A DNA stretch of 64,000 bases from a virus. The notes under the pieces were generated by a model. It was given only the letters and a program-made list of their open reading frames with translations, searched no databases and was not told the origin of the DNA. Below, piece by piece: positions 9,268 to 18,304 of this stretch. The stretch's first letter is position 1; each line of letters starts with the position of its first letter. A program made the position numbers and the translations under genes. The stretch is taken from the IMG/VR virus record IMGVR_UViG_3300038426_000075, positions 1 through 64,000 of that record; one strand, written 5' to 3'.

Positions 9268-9719
9268 GTTATTTCCTCCTTTTGGAATGCCGTCTCAATC
9301 GGGTATCCCTTCTTGATCCGGGCATATAGTGTGGTGACTTTTATTCCTAATTCTTTTGCCCAATCGGAAAGAATTTGAGTCCTGCCTTGATATGTGATCT
9401 TAATTACTCTCCGGTTGTTTCTCCTTTGCTGACCTTTTGGAATCCATGTGCAGTTGGTTGGCTCGTAGTTTCCGTCATTGTTGACTCGTTCAATGCTGAG
9501 TCCAGGTTGGTATCCATTCGCCATAGCCCACGAATGAAAGACGGCATAGTCGGCCCACTCTGAACAAATTGTGATGCCTCTACCGCCATAATTTTTATAA
9601 GAATTACTATTTGTATTGCCACACCGCTGGCGCATTTCTCTCCAGATTCTATAAAGAGAGGTTTCCTTGCCTGGCAATATTCTTGATAATCGGTGTGTGT
9701 AGTGTCCTTTGTGATCCAT
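9168..9719 (-). CDS. HNH-like homing endonuclease (YGGRGI family)
   Basis: YKNYGGRGITICSEW...LSIERVNNDGNYEPTNCTW. Confidence 0.85.
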   Translation of the reverse strand: MDHKGHYTHRLSRILPGKETSLYRIWREMRQRCGNTNSNSYKNYGGRGITICSEWADYAVFHSWAMANGYQPGLSIERVNNDGNYEPTNCTWIPKGQQRRNNRRVIKITYQGRTQILSDWAKELGIKVTTLYARIKKGYPIETAFQKEEITWNRKWNRKTRKTRKIYPSRKNGRFQKDSPMPS

Positions 9720-11694
9720 CTTGATTAACCTCTACCCTCAACGTCTTGTCCTCGGACACATAAAGTCTTATCATCTGCGACCCAACATCGAAAAGATTAT
9801 TCACGGCCTCGGCGTTATCGGCGAACACAGGAGCCTTAAGTTGGTAGTGCTCTTGCAGGACCTTCACGATTTCGAGTCCTGCATTTATGCGGGCGCCATT
9901 ATTCAAACCGGCATCAAATGGAACACCCCCTACTGTGATCTGGCAGCACTCAGATACCGCAAGATTTATCTGAACATCAAAGAGCTTAAATCTAACCGTG
10001 TCGAACTTATCATTGATTCTCGTCGTCAGCATACTTACTTTCTGCCGTACAAAAAGATCCATGAGGTAGAGCTCCCCTTCCAGCTTTTCAAACTCGGCCG
10101 AGAGTTTCTTTTCGGAATCCTTCAACTCTTCGATTCGTCTCTCTCCTTGCTCTCTGGCGCGGAACAGGTCCACTATTGCCTTCTTAGAACTGAGGTTTCC
10201 TTGAAACTGTGATATCTCTACCTTGATCTTTTCAATGTCCTGCGCCTTGCCTTCCCTCTCTCCCAGGATTTGAGACTCCATATCTTCAATTTCATCCAGA
10301 AGTTCTGCCCTATTCCGGACCCCGGAGAAGTCTTCGGATGATTGTTTGAGGACATTTCGCTCCTCGATGGAGACCTCCAGTTTGGTCTCGGTTTCGTGAA
10401 TTGATGAGGAGACGATCTCACGTTCTTTTTTAAGAGCATCGATCTCCCCGGCAAGGCTGTTCCGCTGTTCCTTTAACTGGAGACCTCGCCGATTGATTTC
10501 ACCTAAACCCTCGGCCTTATCTTCATTAAAGGCTGCAAGAGCCTTATCCCGAGCACTCTGAACTTGATCTGGTGGAAGTGCCTGACCGCAAGAGGGGCAT
10601 GTATCGGAAGTTGTGTCCTCAAACTTCCGTGCATCAATGATACTCCACTTATTGCGAAGATCGGAAAGGTTAAGATCCGTGCTCTTCAGGCTGCTATCTT
10701 TCCATTTAAGGTCCTCATCTATGGTTTTTATTCGCTTTCGAGAAGCGTTTACCCTTGCTTCAACCTCTGAAATTTCCTGGTTAAGGCGCCCCAGGATTGC
10801 CAGGGATCCGGACCGATTGGCATCCTCCATCTTTCGAAGATCTGCATTGAGCCCAGAGAGCTTCTTTGTGAGATCAGCGATACTACCTCCGGTGTTTACC
10901 CCTTGGAGCCTTAATTTGGCATCGTTCAGGGCAGTTTCTAATGCCTGGGCCTCCTTCTCTGATGCCTGTCGGTCAATGCCGTCGGTAATGGGGATTCCTC
11001 GGCGAACCTCATCGACTCGGACTGCAATTTGAGGGAGTTCTTTGTTGATCTGTGTGCGGCGAGAACTGATGATCGATCTCAAATCATCGAATGGTGTCTT
11101 ACTTGACTTGAATTTTTCAAGAGATGCCTTTAAAGGGAAAAGCTTTTCGTCTGATGCTATAACATTCGCATCGGAAATATTTCCGCATACGTCAAGCAAG
11201 ATTGAGCGTTGACGTTGCCATGGAAGGGCTGGGAATGTTGTGGGACTCGTCAGCAAGCGAAATATTTCCTCTGTTCCGGTCATTTCTTCAATAAAGGTTT
11301 TATATTCTTTTTCGGTTTTCGGAATTGAGTTGATAAAGTGCTGTGTGGAATGACCGCTAAACTCAGCCTGTGCACGACCCCGAGCCTTGACCCATTTTTC
11401 TTTAAATATCTTTTTTAAATTTATCTCTTCACTGTCCACAAGTAGAGTTGCTTCGACCGAATGATCAATGCCTCTTTCAGCTATATTGCCCTCAGCATCG
11501 AGATTCTTAATGGAGAATTCCGCACGCCCAAGTGCATCTTTCCCAAAAAGGAGCCAGGAAAAACCGCTTAATAATCTGGTCTTCCCGGAAGCGTTTTCTC
11601 CATAACAAAATATATCTTGTCCTTTGGGTTGTAGGCTGAAATTTCCGCCCTGAAATTGGTTCAATGTGAGATTGGATAATCGTATCTCTTTCAT
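9649..11694 (-). CDS. SMC/Rad50-like AAA ATPase of phage recombination module
   Basis: Walker A GENASGKT, coiled coil with CPSC zinc hook, LNNGARINAGL, PVFADNAE. Confidence 0.9.
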   Translation of the reverse strand: MKEIRLSNLTLNQFQGGNFSLQPKGQDIFCYGENASGKTRLLSGFSWLLFGKDALGRAEFSIKNLDAEGNIAERGIDHSVEATLLVDSEEINLKKIFKEKWVKARGRAQAEFSGHSTQHFINSIPKTEKEYKTFIEEMTGTEEIFRLLTSPTTFPALPWQRQRSILLDVCGNISDANVIASDEKLFPLKASLEKFKSSKTPFDDLRSIISSRRTQINKELPQIAVRVDEVRRGIPITDGIDRQASEKEAQALETALNDAKLRLQGVNTGGSIADLTKKLSGLNADLRKMEDANRSGSLAILGRLNQEISEVEARVNASRKRIKTIDEDLKWKDSSLKSTDLNLSDLRNKWSIIDARKFEDTTSDTCPSCGQALPPDQVQSARDKALAAFNEDKAEGLGEINRRGLQLKEQRNSLAGEIDALKKEREIVSSSIHETETKLEVSIEERNVLKQSSEDFSGVRNRAELLDEIEDMESQILGEREGKAQDIEKIKVEISQFQGNLSSKKAIVDLFRAREQGERRIEELKDSEKKLSAEFEKLEGELYLMDLFVRQKVSMLTTRINDKFDTVRFKLFDVQINLAVSECCQITVGGVPFDAGLNNGARINAGLEIVKVLQEHYQLKAPVFADNAEAVNNLFDVGSQMIRLYVSEDKTLRVEVNQDGSQRTLHTPIIKNIARQGNLSL

Positions 11695-12323
11695 GTGAGG
11701 TCCTTTCCGGTCAGCGCTCTTTCAACCGACCATCCATTTTTTAATCTCTGCCACAGCGTACCTACTCTAATGCCTAAAGATTCTGCCCAGGCAGTCAATG
11801 TCAGAGTGCGTCCGTTGTGAGTAATAAAATGATTCCTTTGTGTGTTGTTATTCTGCTCCTTTTGCGTAGCCCACCTACAATTGTCAGGAGTATAGCCCTT
11901 GTTGCTATCTTTTCTCTCAATGGTAAGGTGATCCAGATAACCGTTAGCCATCGCCCATTCATAAAACTTTTTAAAATCAAGCCATTCGTCACAGATGATG
12001 ATTCCGCGCCCACCATAGTTGGCATAAGCTTGGTTAGTAGACAATAAACAACGTTTTTTCATGCCCCACCATATTTCATATAACCGAGTCTTAGACAGTC
12101 CATGGGTGGTAAGCTGCTTGCGAGAATTCTCTTTTTTGAGACACCCACAACTTGTATTGAATCCCTTGCTTGCTCTGTGAAGGTTGCTTTGGCTTACCGT
12201 TGCCGTTTTCCCACAGTCACAAATACAAAGCCAGTTCACATTCAGCTGTTTGTTTCTGCCGACCGGTTTCAAAGCCACCAATCTTCCAAATCTCCGTCCT
12301 GTTAAATCTAAGAATCTACTCAT
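11691..12323 (-). CDS. HNH-like homing endonuclease (YGGRGI family)
   Basis: DLTGRRFGRL...CICDCG...YGGRGIIICDEW...YTPDNCRW. Confidence 0.87.
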   Translation of the reverse strand: MSRFLDLTGRRFGRLVALKPVGRNKQLNVNWLCICDCGKTATVSQSNLHRASKGFNTSCGCLKKENSRKQLTTHGLSKTRLYEIWWGMKKRCLLSTNQAYANYGGRGIIICDEWLDFKKFYEWAMANGYLDHLTIERKDSNKGYTPDNCRWATQKEQNNNTQRNHFITHNGRTLTLTAWAESLGIRVGTLWQRLKNGWSVERALTGKDLT

Positions 12324-12686
12324 CTTCTTCCTCCTCTTGGTTTTCCACGGACTCCCCTAATACTTCCTCTACCTTCTCACCCTCGAACTGTGCCTGTTTC
12401 AAGGTTTTGATAAGATCTTTCCGCCTTTCCTCATCCCTCCTATCGAGATCGTCTAAGAACCTTGATATCGATCGATTCATCGAGTTTCTCCTTCCCAATT
12501 GTCCTGATAAAAGAGATAGTCAGACAGTTTCTTCAATCTTGGGAGCCTCCTTTTCTTTCTTTTCCCATCCTTTGAGTTTACCTTGACCTGCAAAAAAGCC
12601 ATGGATCCAAATCATCACAGCACAACCAAAAAATTCAAGAACGGTAATAACCCAAATAATTAAAGGGTCAGGATGTTCCATTTCTT

Positions 12687-12923
12687 TTACTTCCCATCTT
12701 TCTTGACAATCTCCTCGGAGTGAAAAATATTCTTCCCCGTCTTCTTCAGCACCTTGATTGCACACTCTTCAGAGCACACTTCATAGATCGTTCCATTTTC
12801 CACGGGGATTGATTGGACTTTATCACCTACGACAACCTTCTTGGTGATCCTCGGCTGAAACTCAAATATTCGTGGAGTAATCTCTGGACAAACATCACAA
12901 TGAAACAATGAAATTTTAGCCAT
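12687..12923 (-). CDS. Small Zn-binding hypothetical protein
   Basis: CDVC...VCSEEC; strong SD. Confidence 0.6.
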   Translation of the reverse strand: MAKISLFHCDVCPEITPRIFEFQPRITKKVVVGDKVQSIPVENGTIYEVCSEECAIKVLKKTGKNIFHSEEIVKKDGK

Positions 12924-12949
12924 GGTTAATTCCTCCCTTTAGAAACATA

Positions 12950-13177
12950 TTAGTAATCTATCCCCTTTCTTGCTGGTGGAATCTTCCTCATTTCTTCCCT
13001 CATCTCATGGTTACTTTTCTCAAGGTAGTTTAATTTATCTCTAAATATGGGACTCACCTGCCAAGAGTAGAAGAACTGTCCGGCAATGAAGCCAATAAGG
13101 ATGCCGAGTATAGCCCAAGCAAAAATATTCTTTAGGTCTGTTTTTTCGCTTCCGCCACAAATCGGACACTTCGTCAT
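12950..13177 (-). CDS. Small single-TM membrane protein
   Basis: IFAWAILGILIGFIAG. Confidence 0.55.
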   Translation of the reverse strand: MTKCPICGGSEKTDLKNIFAWAILGILIGFIAGQFFYSWQVSPIFRDKLNYLEKSNHEMREEMRKIPPARKGIDY

Positions 13178-13410
13178 CTTTGTTGCCTCTTTCCGATAGT
13201 TGCAATCGAATTGCAGCTCGTTTCCTGCTGTCCATTCTCTTTTCTTGGATACCCCCTGGCTGAGTCAATGGCATCATAGACATCTACACCGTGTAAAATA
13301 TAAAGCAGGGAGACCCTTAACTCTTGCTCATCCATGTCTTGGACTATAGGACAAAGAGTTTTTTGAACATTAACCCTATCAAGTTCTGCTAAATAATGTA
13401 TAGCTGGCAT
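13174..13410 (-). CDS. Hypothetical protein
   Basis: ORF with SD, overlapping stop/start with next gene. Confidence 0.5.
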   Translation of the reverse strand: MPAIHYLAELDRVNVQKTLCPIVQDMDEQELRVSLLYILHGVDVYDAIDSARGYPRKENGQQETSCNSIATIGKRQQR

Positions 13411-13471
13411 GTCATTACCCTCCCATAAGACTGGAAGGGAGCTACTGGCCCCCTTCCAAACCTTCTCGTTT

Positions 13472-14068
13472 TTACTTCTCCCATATTACTTTCGCCTTGG
13501 ATTCTTGTTTCTCCAAAGGAAGAAGGTAGTAACTGATAACAAATTGCGGATCTGCGGTGTTGACAGCAATCGCTGGCATAATGCTTGCGTTCGAACCATA
13601 AGCTAATGGATTTGTTCCACCACCAAAACCCGCTACGCTTCCCCCGCCACCACCTCCAGAACCAATGGTTCTTGAGGACATCTTAAACTTAACCCTGAAT
13701 CGAATTCGTTCTGTTGAATCCACACCAAACTTTTTCATCACAGAGGAAAGATGTTCTAATATTTCTTTCTCAACATCTTCCAAACGAATACGATCCAAGC
13801 ACCAACCATTAAAAGTCACCACCCTAACTATCTTCTCAGTAGTCAAGGGTTTAACCTGATCAAACTGAGGCATTTCTTTTGTTGCATCCCCAACTACACC
13901 TGGAAGCATCTGGAGTAAATAGGGATAGATCGGCTGAGGCATTAGATACTGATAGCCCGAGCTTGAGTATGCGATTGCCTCAGATCCAGCTATAACTCCA
14001 GGACCATCAGCAAAAGCAGTTCCAGTTACCAATATCAATAAAATAATTGTCATCAGAAATTTCTTCAC
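13472..14068 (-). CDS. Exported protein
   Basis: Signal peptide MKKFLMTIILLILVTGTAFA; Gly-rich segment. Confidence 0.7.
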   Translation of the reverse strand: MKKFLMTIILLILVTGTAFADGPGVIAGSEAIAYSSSGYQYLMPQPIYPYLLQMLPGVVGDATKEMPQFDQVKPLTTEKIVRVVTFNGWCLDRIRLEDVEKEILEHLSSVMKKFGVDSTERIRFRVKFKMSSRTIGSGGGGGGSVAGFGGGTNPLAYGSNASIMPAIAVNTADPQFVISYYLLPLEKQESKAKVIWEK

Positions 14069-14124
14069 TTTTCACACCTCCTTAAAAGATTAGGAAGGGG
14101 AGTTGCCTCCCCTCCCTTACGTTT

Positions 14125-14505
14125 TTACCAAGCAATCCCAAAACTAATAAGGGACCCTGGAGCGAACGGGCTAAATGTTGCGGTAAATCCACTACCGTAA
14201 GTCGCTAAAGCTGCGCCAGTTTGGGCTGCAATAGCATCTCCGCTGCCAACAGTAGTAACTGCTGTGCCACCGGAAGAAGCCGCATAGGTTGTAACGGTTG
14301 GATCGACGCTAAATTTAACCTGGGCCTCAGATGAGTTCCACGCATTGGATAGAGTCCAACCATTTGTCTGGGAAATGCCCATCACGGCAGCAAAAGAACC
14401 AGCCTCTACTTTAGCTGGGCTGGAAATGGGATCGTGATCCCCTGCAAATGCAGGAACTGCCAACATTACTGCCAACATTAAACTAACAATCAACATCTTT
14501 TTCAT
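14125..14505 (-). CDS. Exported Ala/Ser/Gly/Thr-rich small protein
   Basis: Signal peptide MKKMLIVSLMLAVMLAVPAFA. Confidence 0.7.
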   Translation of the reverse strand: MKKMLIVSLMLAVMLAVPAFAGDHDPISSPAKVEAGSFAAVMGISQTNGWTLSNAWNSSEAQVKFSVDPTVTTYAASSGGTAVTTVGSGDAIAAQTGAALATYGSGFTATFSPFAPGSLISFGIAW

Positions 14506-14551
14506 AAAAATTTTCTCCTTTAAAGTTTAGGTTTAGATCACAAGCCTCCTT

Positions 14552-14824
14552 CTACGTTTGCTCGCCTCCTTCTTTTGGATTTTCAGCCAACAGCGAGGCC
14601 GAGTTCATGCTGGGGTATCTCAGGCTACCCCTGGCCTTCAATGTTCTTTTCAATTCTCCGAATGAGGCTTTTTGTCGGAGAAACTTGTCAACGACCTCTG
14701 GCAAGCCGTTATCACCTTCAAAAGAAACTCTCATGATTAATCCGGGAGCCAGTTCAAACTCTTCCCAGTGATCATAACCACCATTGATTTTTGTGAGTGT
14801 TTGCATTTTTGAAAGGAAACTCAT
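14552..14824 (-). CDS. Hypothetical protein
   Basis: ORF coupled to upstream gene. Confidence 0.5.
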   Translation of the reverse strand: MSFLSKMQTLTKINGGYDHWEEFELAPGLIMRVSFEGDNGLPEVVDKFLRQKASFGELKRTLKARGSLRYPSMNSASLLAENPKEGGEQT

Positions 14825-15009
14825 GATTTTCTCCCTATCTCCCTATTTATTCTTCCCCATCCCGCATCTCTCAGCTTTTCCAGGGCACGCTGGATCTCGA
14901 CAGTCTCGAACTCAAAACAGGGATCGCAGAGACCGTGCGTTTCGGATTTGTCGTCCAGCGGTTCTTTCTCGCCCATCACGGTTTTACAGCGATAACAGAT
15001 GCGTATCAT
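14821..15009 (-). CDS. Small Zn-finger protein
   Basis: CYRC...THGLCDPC. Confidence 0.65.
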   Translation of the reverse strand: MIRICYRCKTVMGEKEPLDDKSETHGLCDPCFEFETVEIQRALEKLRDAGWGRINREIGRKS

Positions 15010-15216
15010 TTTCGTTTACCCTCCTTATGGACATTCCCCTGGAATTTAATTCAACGCAATTTCACATCCCTTACATTCATTCAAATCCTTATGGCAATCA
15101 AAACAGTAGCCAGTAGGATCGGTCCAGGGGAAATCAGCGATGATATATTTTTTCCAAATTTGTTTGAGCCAATTCATATGCTTCGCCCCCTTTCCAAGAC
15201 ATAAATAATTTAAGAT

Positions 15217-15423
15217 TTAGACCTTCAGTACGCCTTTGATTCCATGCTCCTTCATCCAGGCCTCGATCTCCCGCTCTGAAAACCTAATAACCCCCCCGAT
15301 CCGGATGTGAGGGATTATCGCCATATCCGGGGCGACCCTGCAGCGCGCCTTCCGAAGAACCCAAGATGAGGAGACGCCGAGCCTATTGGCCACATCTTTT
15401 GCCTTCAACCAAGTCTCACTCAT
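15217..15423 (-). CDS. Excisionase-like winged-HTH protein
   Basis: WLKAKDVANRLGVSSSWV...IPHIRIGGVIRFSEREIEAW. Confidence 0.85.
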   Translation of the reverse strand: MSETWLKAKDVANRLGVSSSWVLRKARCRVAPDMAIIPHIRIGGVIRFSEREIEAWMKEHGIKGVLKV

Positions 15424-15521
15424 TTTCCTGCCTTTCCTGTTTTGTGCTTATCCATCTTCTCTCTTACGCAACTGCGTCACTTTATCTACAACGGGCATAA
15501 ATCATGCCCGTGTTCTCCCAA

Positions 15522-15737
15522 TTATTTGCTCTTCCTGTACGAGATTGCCTGCTCGAAGGTCCTGAACCTGAAGGGGTGGAACTTCGAGGTAATTCTGGAT
15601 TGGACCGCTCCCAGAAGGTCCCTGATATCCCATTCGTTCATGTCCTTGATAATGGGAGCCAGAAAGTCGATGATCTCTTTGGAAAGTTCCCTCCGTTTCC
15701 GAGCCTCCTCCCTTCTCTTCTTTGCCTCATCTTTCAT
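15522..15737 (-). CDS. Hypothetical protein
   Basis: ORF with GGAGGT SD. Confidence 0.5.
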   Translation of the reverse strand: MKDEAKKRREEARKRRELSKEIIDFLAPIIKDMNEWDIRDLLGAVQSRITSKFHPFRFRTFEQAISYRKSK

Positions 15738-15901
15738 TTGCTATCACCTCCCTTCCACCTATTTTGAATTTTCTCTATCGGGGCATGCGGTAATAAATCC
15801 ACATCGCGTTGGCTGGACGGGTCGGTGGGTTGGCCACATGCCCCGAAATGTTTTTTTGTTTTGTCAGAAGAATATGCAGCCATCTTGACTTTCGTTTCCC
15901 A

Positions 15902-16279
15902 TTATTTCCGCTTTCCCGTCTGTTCTTTTGTCCCCTTCAGAATTTCCACCAACATTTCCAGATCTGGAAGCTTTTCTCTCAGATCATTCAGAATCCTCTT
16001 CTCTCGTTCCTCCTTCTTTTGGTCGAACTTCTTGTTCAAGAAATCCTTCGGCCTGAGATCGCCGATCCGCTCCATGTAGACTTCCATGTCTGAAACCGTA
16101 AACCTGGGACTATTTTCTTGCGGGGAGAGATTCATCCTTTTGGAGAGACCTTCAGGCGAATGACCCATCTCAGCGGCAACATACTTTAGGGGTTTCCCGC
16201 AGGTTTGGAGGCAATAAACAAAGAATGTGTAAAGGTCATCAGTTTCCATAGCCAACTCGTCCAGAACATCGATTTTCAC
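15902..16279 (-). CDS. CII-like phage regulatory protein
   Basis: PLKYVAAEMGHSPEGLSKRMN HTH; located just downstream of Cro-like gene. Confidence 0.65.
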   Translation of the reverse strand: MKIDVLDELAMETDDLYTFFVYCLQTCGKPLKYVAAEMGHSPEGLSKRMNLSPQENSPRFTVSDMEVYMERIGDLRPKDFLNKKFDQKKEEREKRILNDLREKLPDLEMLVEILKGTKEQTGKRK

Positions 16280-16382
16280 TATTTACCTCCCTTGGTGCAT
16301 CCAATTGGTTGCAACTCTCTTTCCTTGAATTTCCCAAATCCATAGGGTCTAATATTCCTATGACATTAAATTTTTTATCCAA

Positions 16383-16655
16383 CTATCTTCCCCTTTTTTT
16401 CGCTTGCAGTGGTTTAGATTTTTTGATATTATGGTGCAAATCTTTATCATTATTAATAGGGAGTTTTTCGGGAGGCCAAATCTGGTGAACCGGTCGACCC
16501 ACGGCATCGGCGATCGCTTGTCGAATACGTGGATTTTTACGGAGGCCCTTGATAACAGAGTTGACGGCGGGAACTGTCATCTTCAATTTGTTGGCAATTG
16601 ATGTTTGGGTAACATCCAGCAGCTTCATGAGAATGATAATTTCTTTAGAGTTCAT
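16383..16655 (-). CDS. Cro/Ner-like HTH protein
   Basis: VTQTSIANKLKMTVPAVNSVIKG.RKNPRIRQAIADAVGRPVHQIWP; SD before ATG 16655. Confidence 0.85.
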   Translation of the reverse strand: MNSKEIIILMKLLDVTQTSIANKLKMTVPAVNSVIKGLRKNPRIRQAIADAVGRPVHQIWPPEKLPINNDKDLHHNIKKSKPLQAKKRGR

Positions 16656-16695
16656 AAGTTTCTTCCCCCTGTGATAAAAAGAATGGAGACAAGCC

Positions 16696-16944
16696 ATGTA
16701 TGCGCTCGTATTGATCGATATTTCCCCAAGATTCTTCGATAAGCTCGAATTATTGAGATTTTTAGAAAACATCGAAGAAAATGAGGCACAAGAGACAAAG
16801 GACTCAAAGATTCTCGAAGGCGTTTGGCTGATAGACCTAAGTAGACAACTATCTTTTCTCTGTAAAATCCTACGTGAGGTTCAAGGTCGTCATCTTTCAT
16901 ATAGGGTCTCCTTTTTCGAGAACAAACCGGAATTTATCATATGA
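16696..16944 (+). CDS. Small hypothetical protein inside the genetic switch
   Basis: 82-aa ORF with GGAG SD. Confidence 0.55.
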   Translation: MYALVLIDISPRFFDKLELLRFLENIEENEAQETKDSKILEGVWLIDLSRQLSFLCKILREVQGRHLSYRVSFFENKPEFII

Positions 16945-17008
16945 GAAGTTGCTTGGTTTTGGAGTTCATTCTGGTTAACTTTTAAAGCGTGTGTGACCAT
17001 GATTTAGA

Positions 17009-17057
17009 TATTTATCATTTTAGTTGTAATTTGTCAAGAAAAAAATATAACTAAAAT
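17009..17057 (-). promoter_or_regulatory. Lytic promoter and operator-like inverted repeat
   Basis: TTGACA (17032-17037) with 17-nt spacer to TAAATA; ATTTTAGTT (17017-17025) / AACTAAAAT (17049-17057) inverted pair in AT-rich divergent gap. Confidence 0.6.
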
Positions 17058-17074
17058 CATTTTTCTTGTAATGT

Positions 17075-17536
17075 ATGAAAACTAAAGAAGAAATACGCTC
17101 ACTTTTTTCAGCAAGATTACGTGAAATTGCCCAAAAAAGATTTGGTTATCAACCCGGAAAAGATCACGGAATGCGAACAGATATCGCAAATGAATTGAAG
17201 ATTAGTGTCGGAACGGTACAGCAGTGGTTTGATGAGGAAAAAGAAACTATGCCCGATGTTATGCAATTCCTTAAAATTCATGATGCCTTTGGAATTACCC
17301 CGAATGAACTTTTGGGGATTGAAGAGATACAACCTAAAGAATTCATTCCTCCTGTAGAAATTACAGAGGATTTTGTATCATTCCCAATACAAATATTTGA
17401 CTCAACCATTCAAACCGGTGGCCAATTCTTAGGGCAGGTCATCATTCACAAAAGGGTGTTTGGAAGAAGAAAAAACCTTGCTGCCGTTTACCTAAATGGG
17501 GGAAAAGAAATAAAAGTAGTGATTGTTGGAAAATGA
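17075..17536 (+). CDS. CI-like XRE repressor lacking an intact S24 peptidase domain
   Basis: HTH DIANELKISVGTVQQWF...MPD...FGITPNELLG; divergent from Cro-like gene. Confidence 0.85.
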   Translation: MKTKEEIRSLFSARLREIAQKRFGYQPGKDHGMRTDIANELKISVGTVQQWFDEEKETMPDVMQFLKIHDAFGITPNELLGIEEIQPKEFIPPVEITEDFVSFPIQIFDSTIQTGGQFLGQVIIHKRVFGRRKNLAAVYLNGGKEIKVVIVGK

Positions 17537-18300
17537 AAAGTATCTTAAAGGGCACAAAGAGAAAAACCCTACTTTCCGTATTGACAATCGTTGTCCTCTC
17601 TAGTTGTTCGGTCAATGATTTCTTTGGCCACCAAACCACACAATATATCGCCGTTAGAGAGGTAAAAGGCAAAAGTACGCTCAAAGGTACATACGATGTT
17701 GAGCGGGCACTTAGTGAGGGTGTTCCAGAAGAAGAGATAGCACGGTATCTTGCTATTACCCGCAACTTTGACGTTGATAGGTACATAAAGGCGGGCTTCA
17801 CATATAGGGAGATAATTGATTACCTTGCCAAGCAGCCTAAAATAGGCGGAGAAGTAAAGATAGAATGGAAACGTCACAAAATAGTGTACAAAGTCTATCC
17901 CGATAAACAGGATGTCGTCTATTGGGTAGAGACTTCCGATGGTAAAGAACGTTCTCCACTTTCTCGGGTTGGAAACTGCATTGTGGCGGATTCTGATAAT
18001 TGGGAGGGAGAGATGGATTATGGTTCTTGGCCCTGGCCAAGGAGAGTTGAAATTATTAATGGAAAGTCCAAATTTGATGGTCTTGAGTTGACGAAAGTTG
18101 GATGGTGGAAGTGGAATTTTGACAAGGAAAACTTTCAGGGTTCAGTAATTATCAGTACGACTTGGTTTGTGTGGAACAATCATTTGGTATGGATTCTATC
18201 GGGCATTGGGGTCCTTTTAATTATCCTATATGGTTGGCATTCCGATACCGAAGATAAGAAACGCAAGAGGCAGGAAGCAAGGCAAGCAAAGGAGGAATAG
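17533..18300 (+). CDS. Membrane lipoprotein carrying a copy of the ejection-protein N-terminal module; candidate superinfection exclusion
   Basis: Lipobox LSSC, C-terminal TM helix, aa 54-99 similar to N-terminus of 21152-26224 product. Confidence 0.75.
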   Translation: MKSILKGTKRKTLLSVLTIVVLSSCSVNDFFGHQTTQYIAVREVKGKSTLKGTYDVERALSEGVPEEEIARYLAITRNFDVDRYIKAGFTYREIIDYLAKQPKIGGEVKIEWKRHKIVYKVYPDKQDVVYWVETSDGKERSPLSRVGNCIVADSDNWEGEMDYGSWPWPRRVEIINGKSKFDGLELTKVGWWKWNFDKENFQGSVIISTTWFVWNNHLVWILSGIGVLLIILYGWHSDTEDKKRKRQEARQAKEE

Positions 18301-18304
18301 AGGA

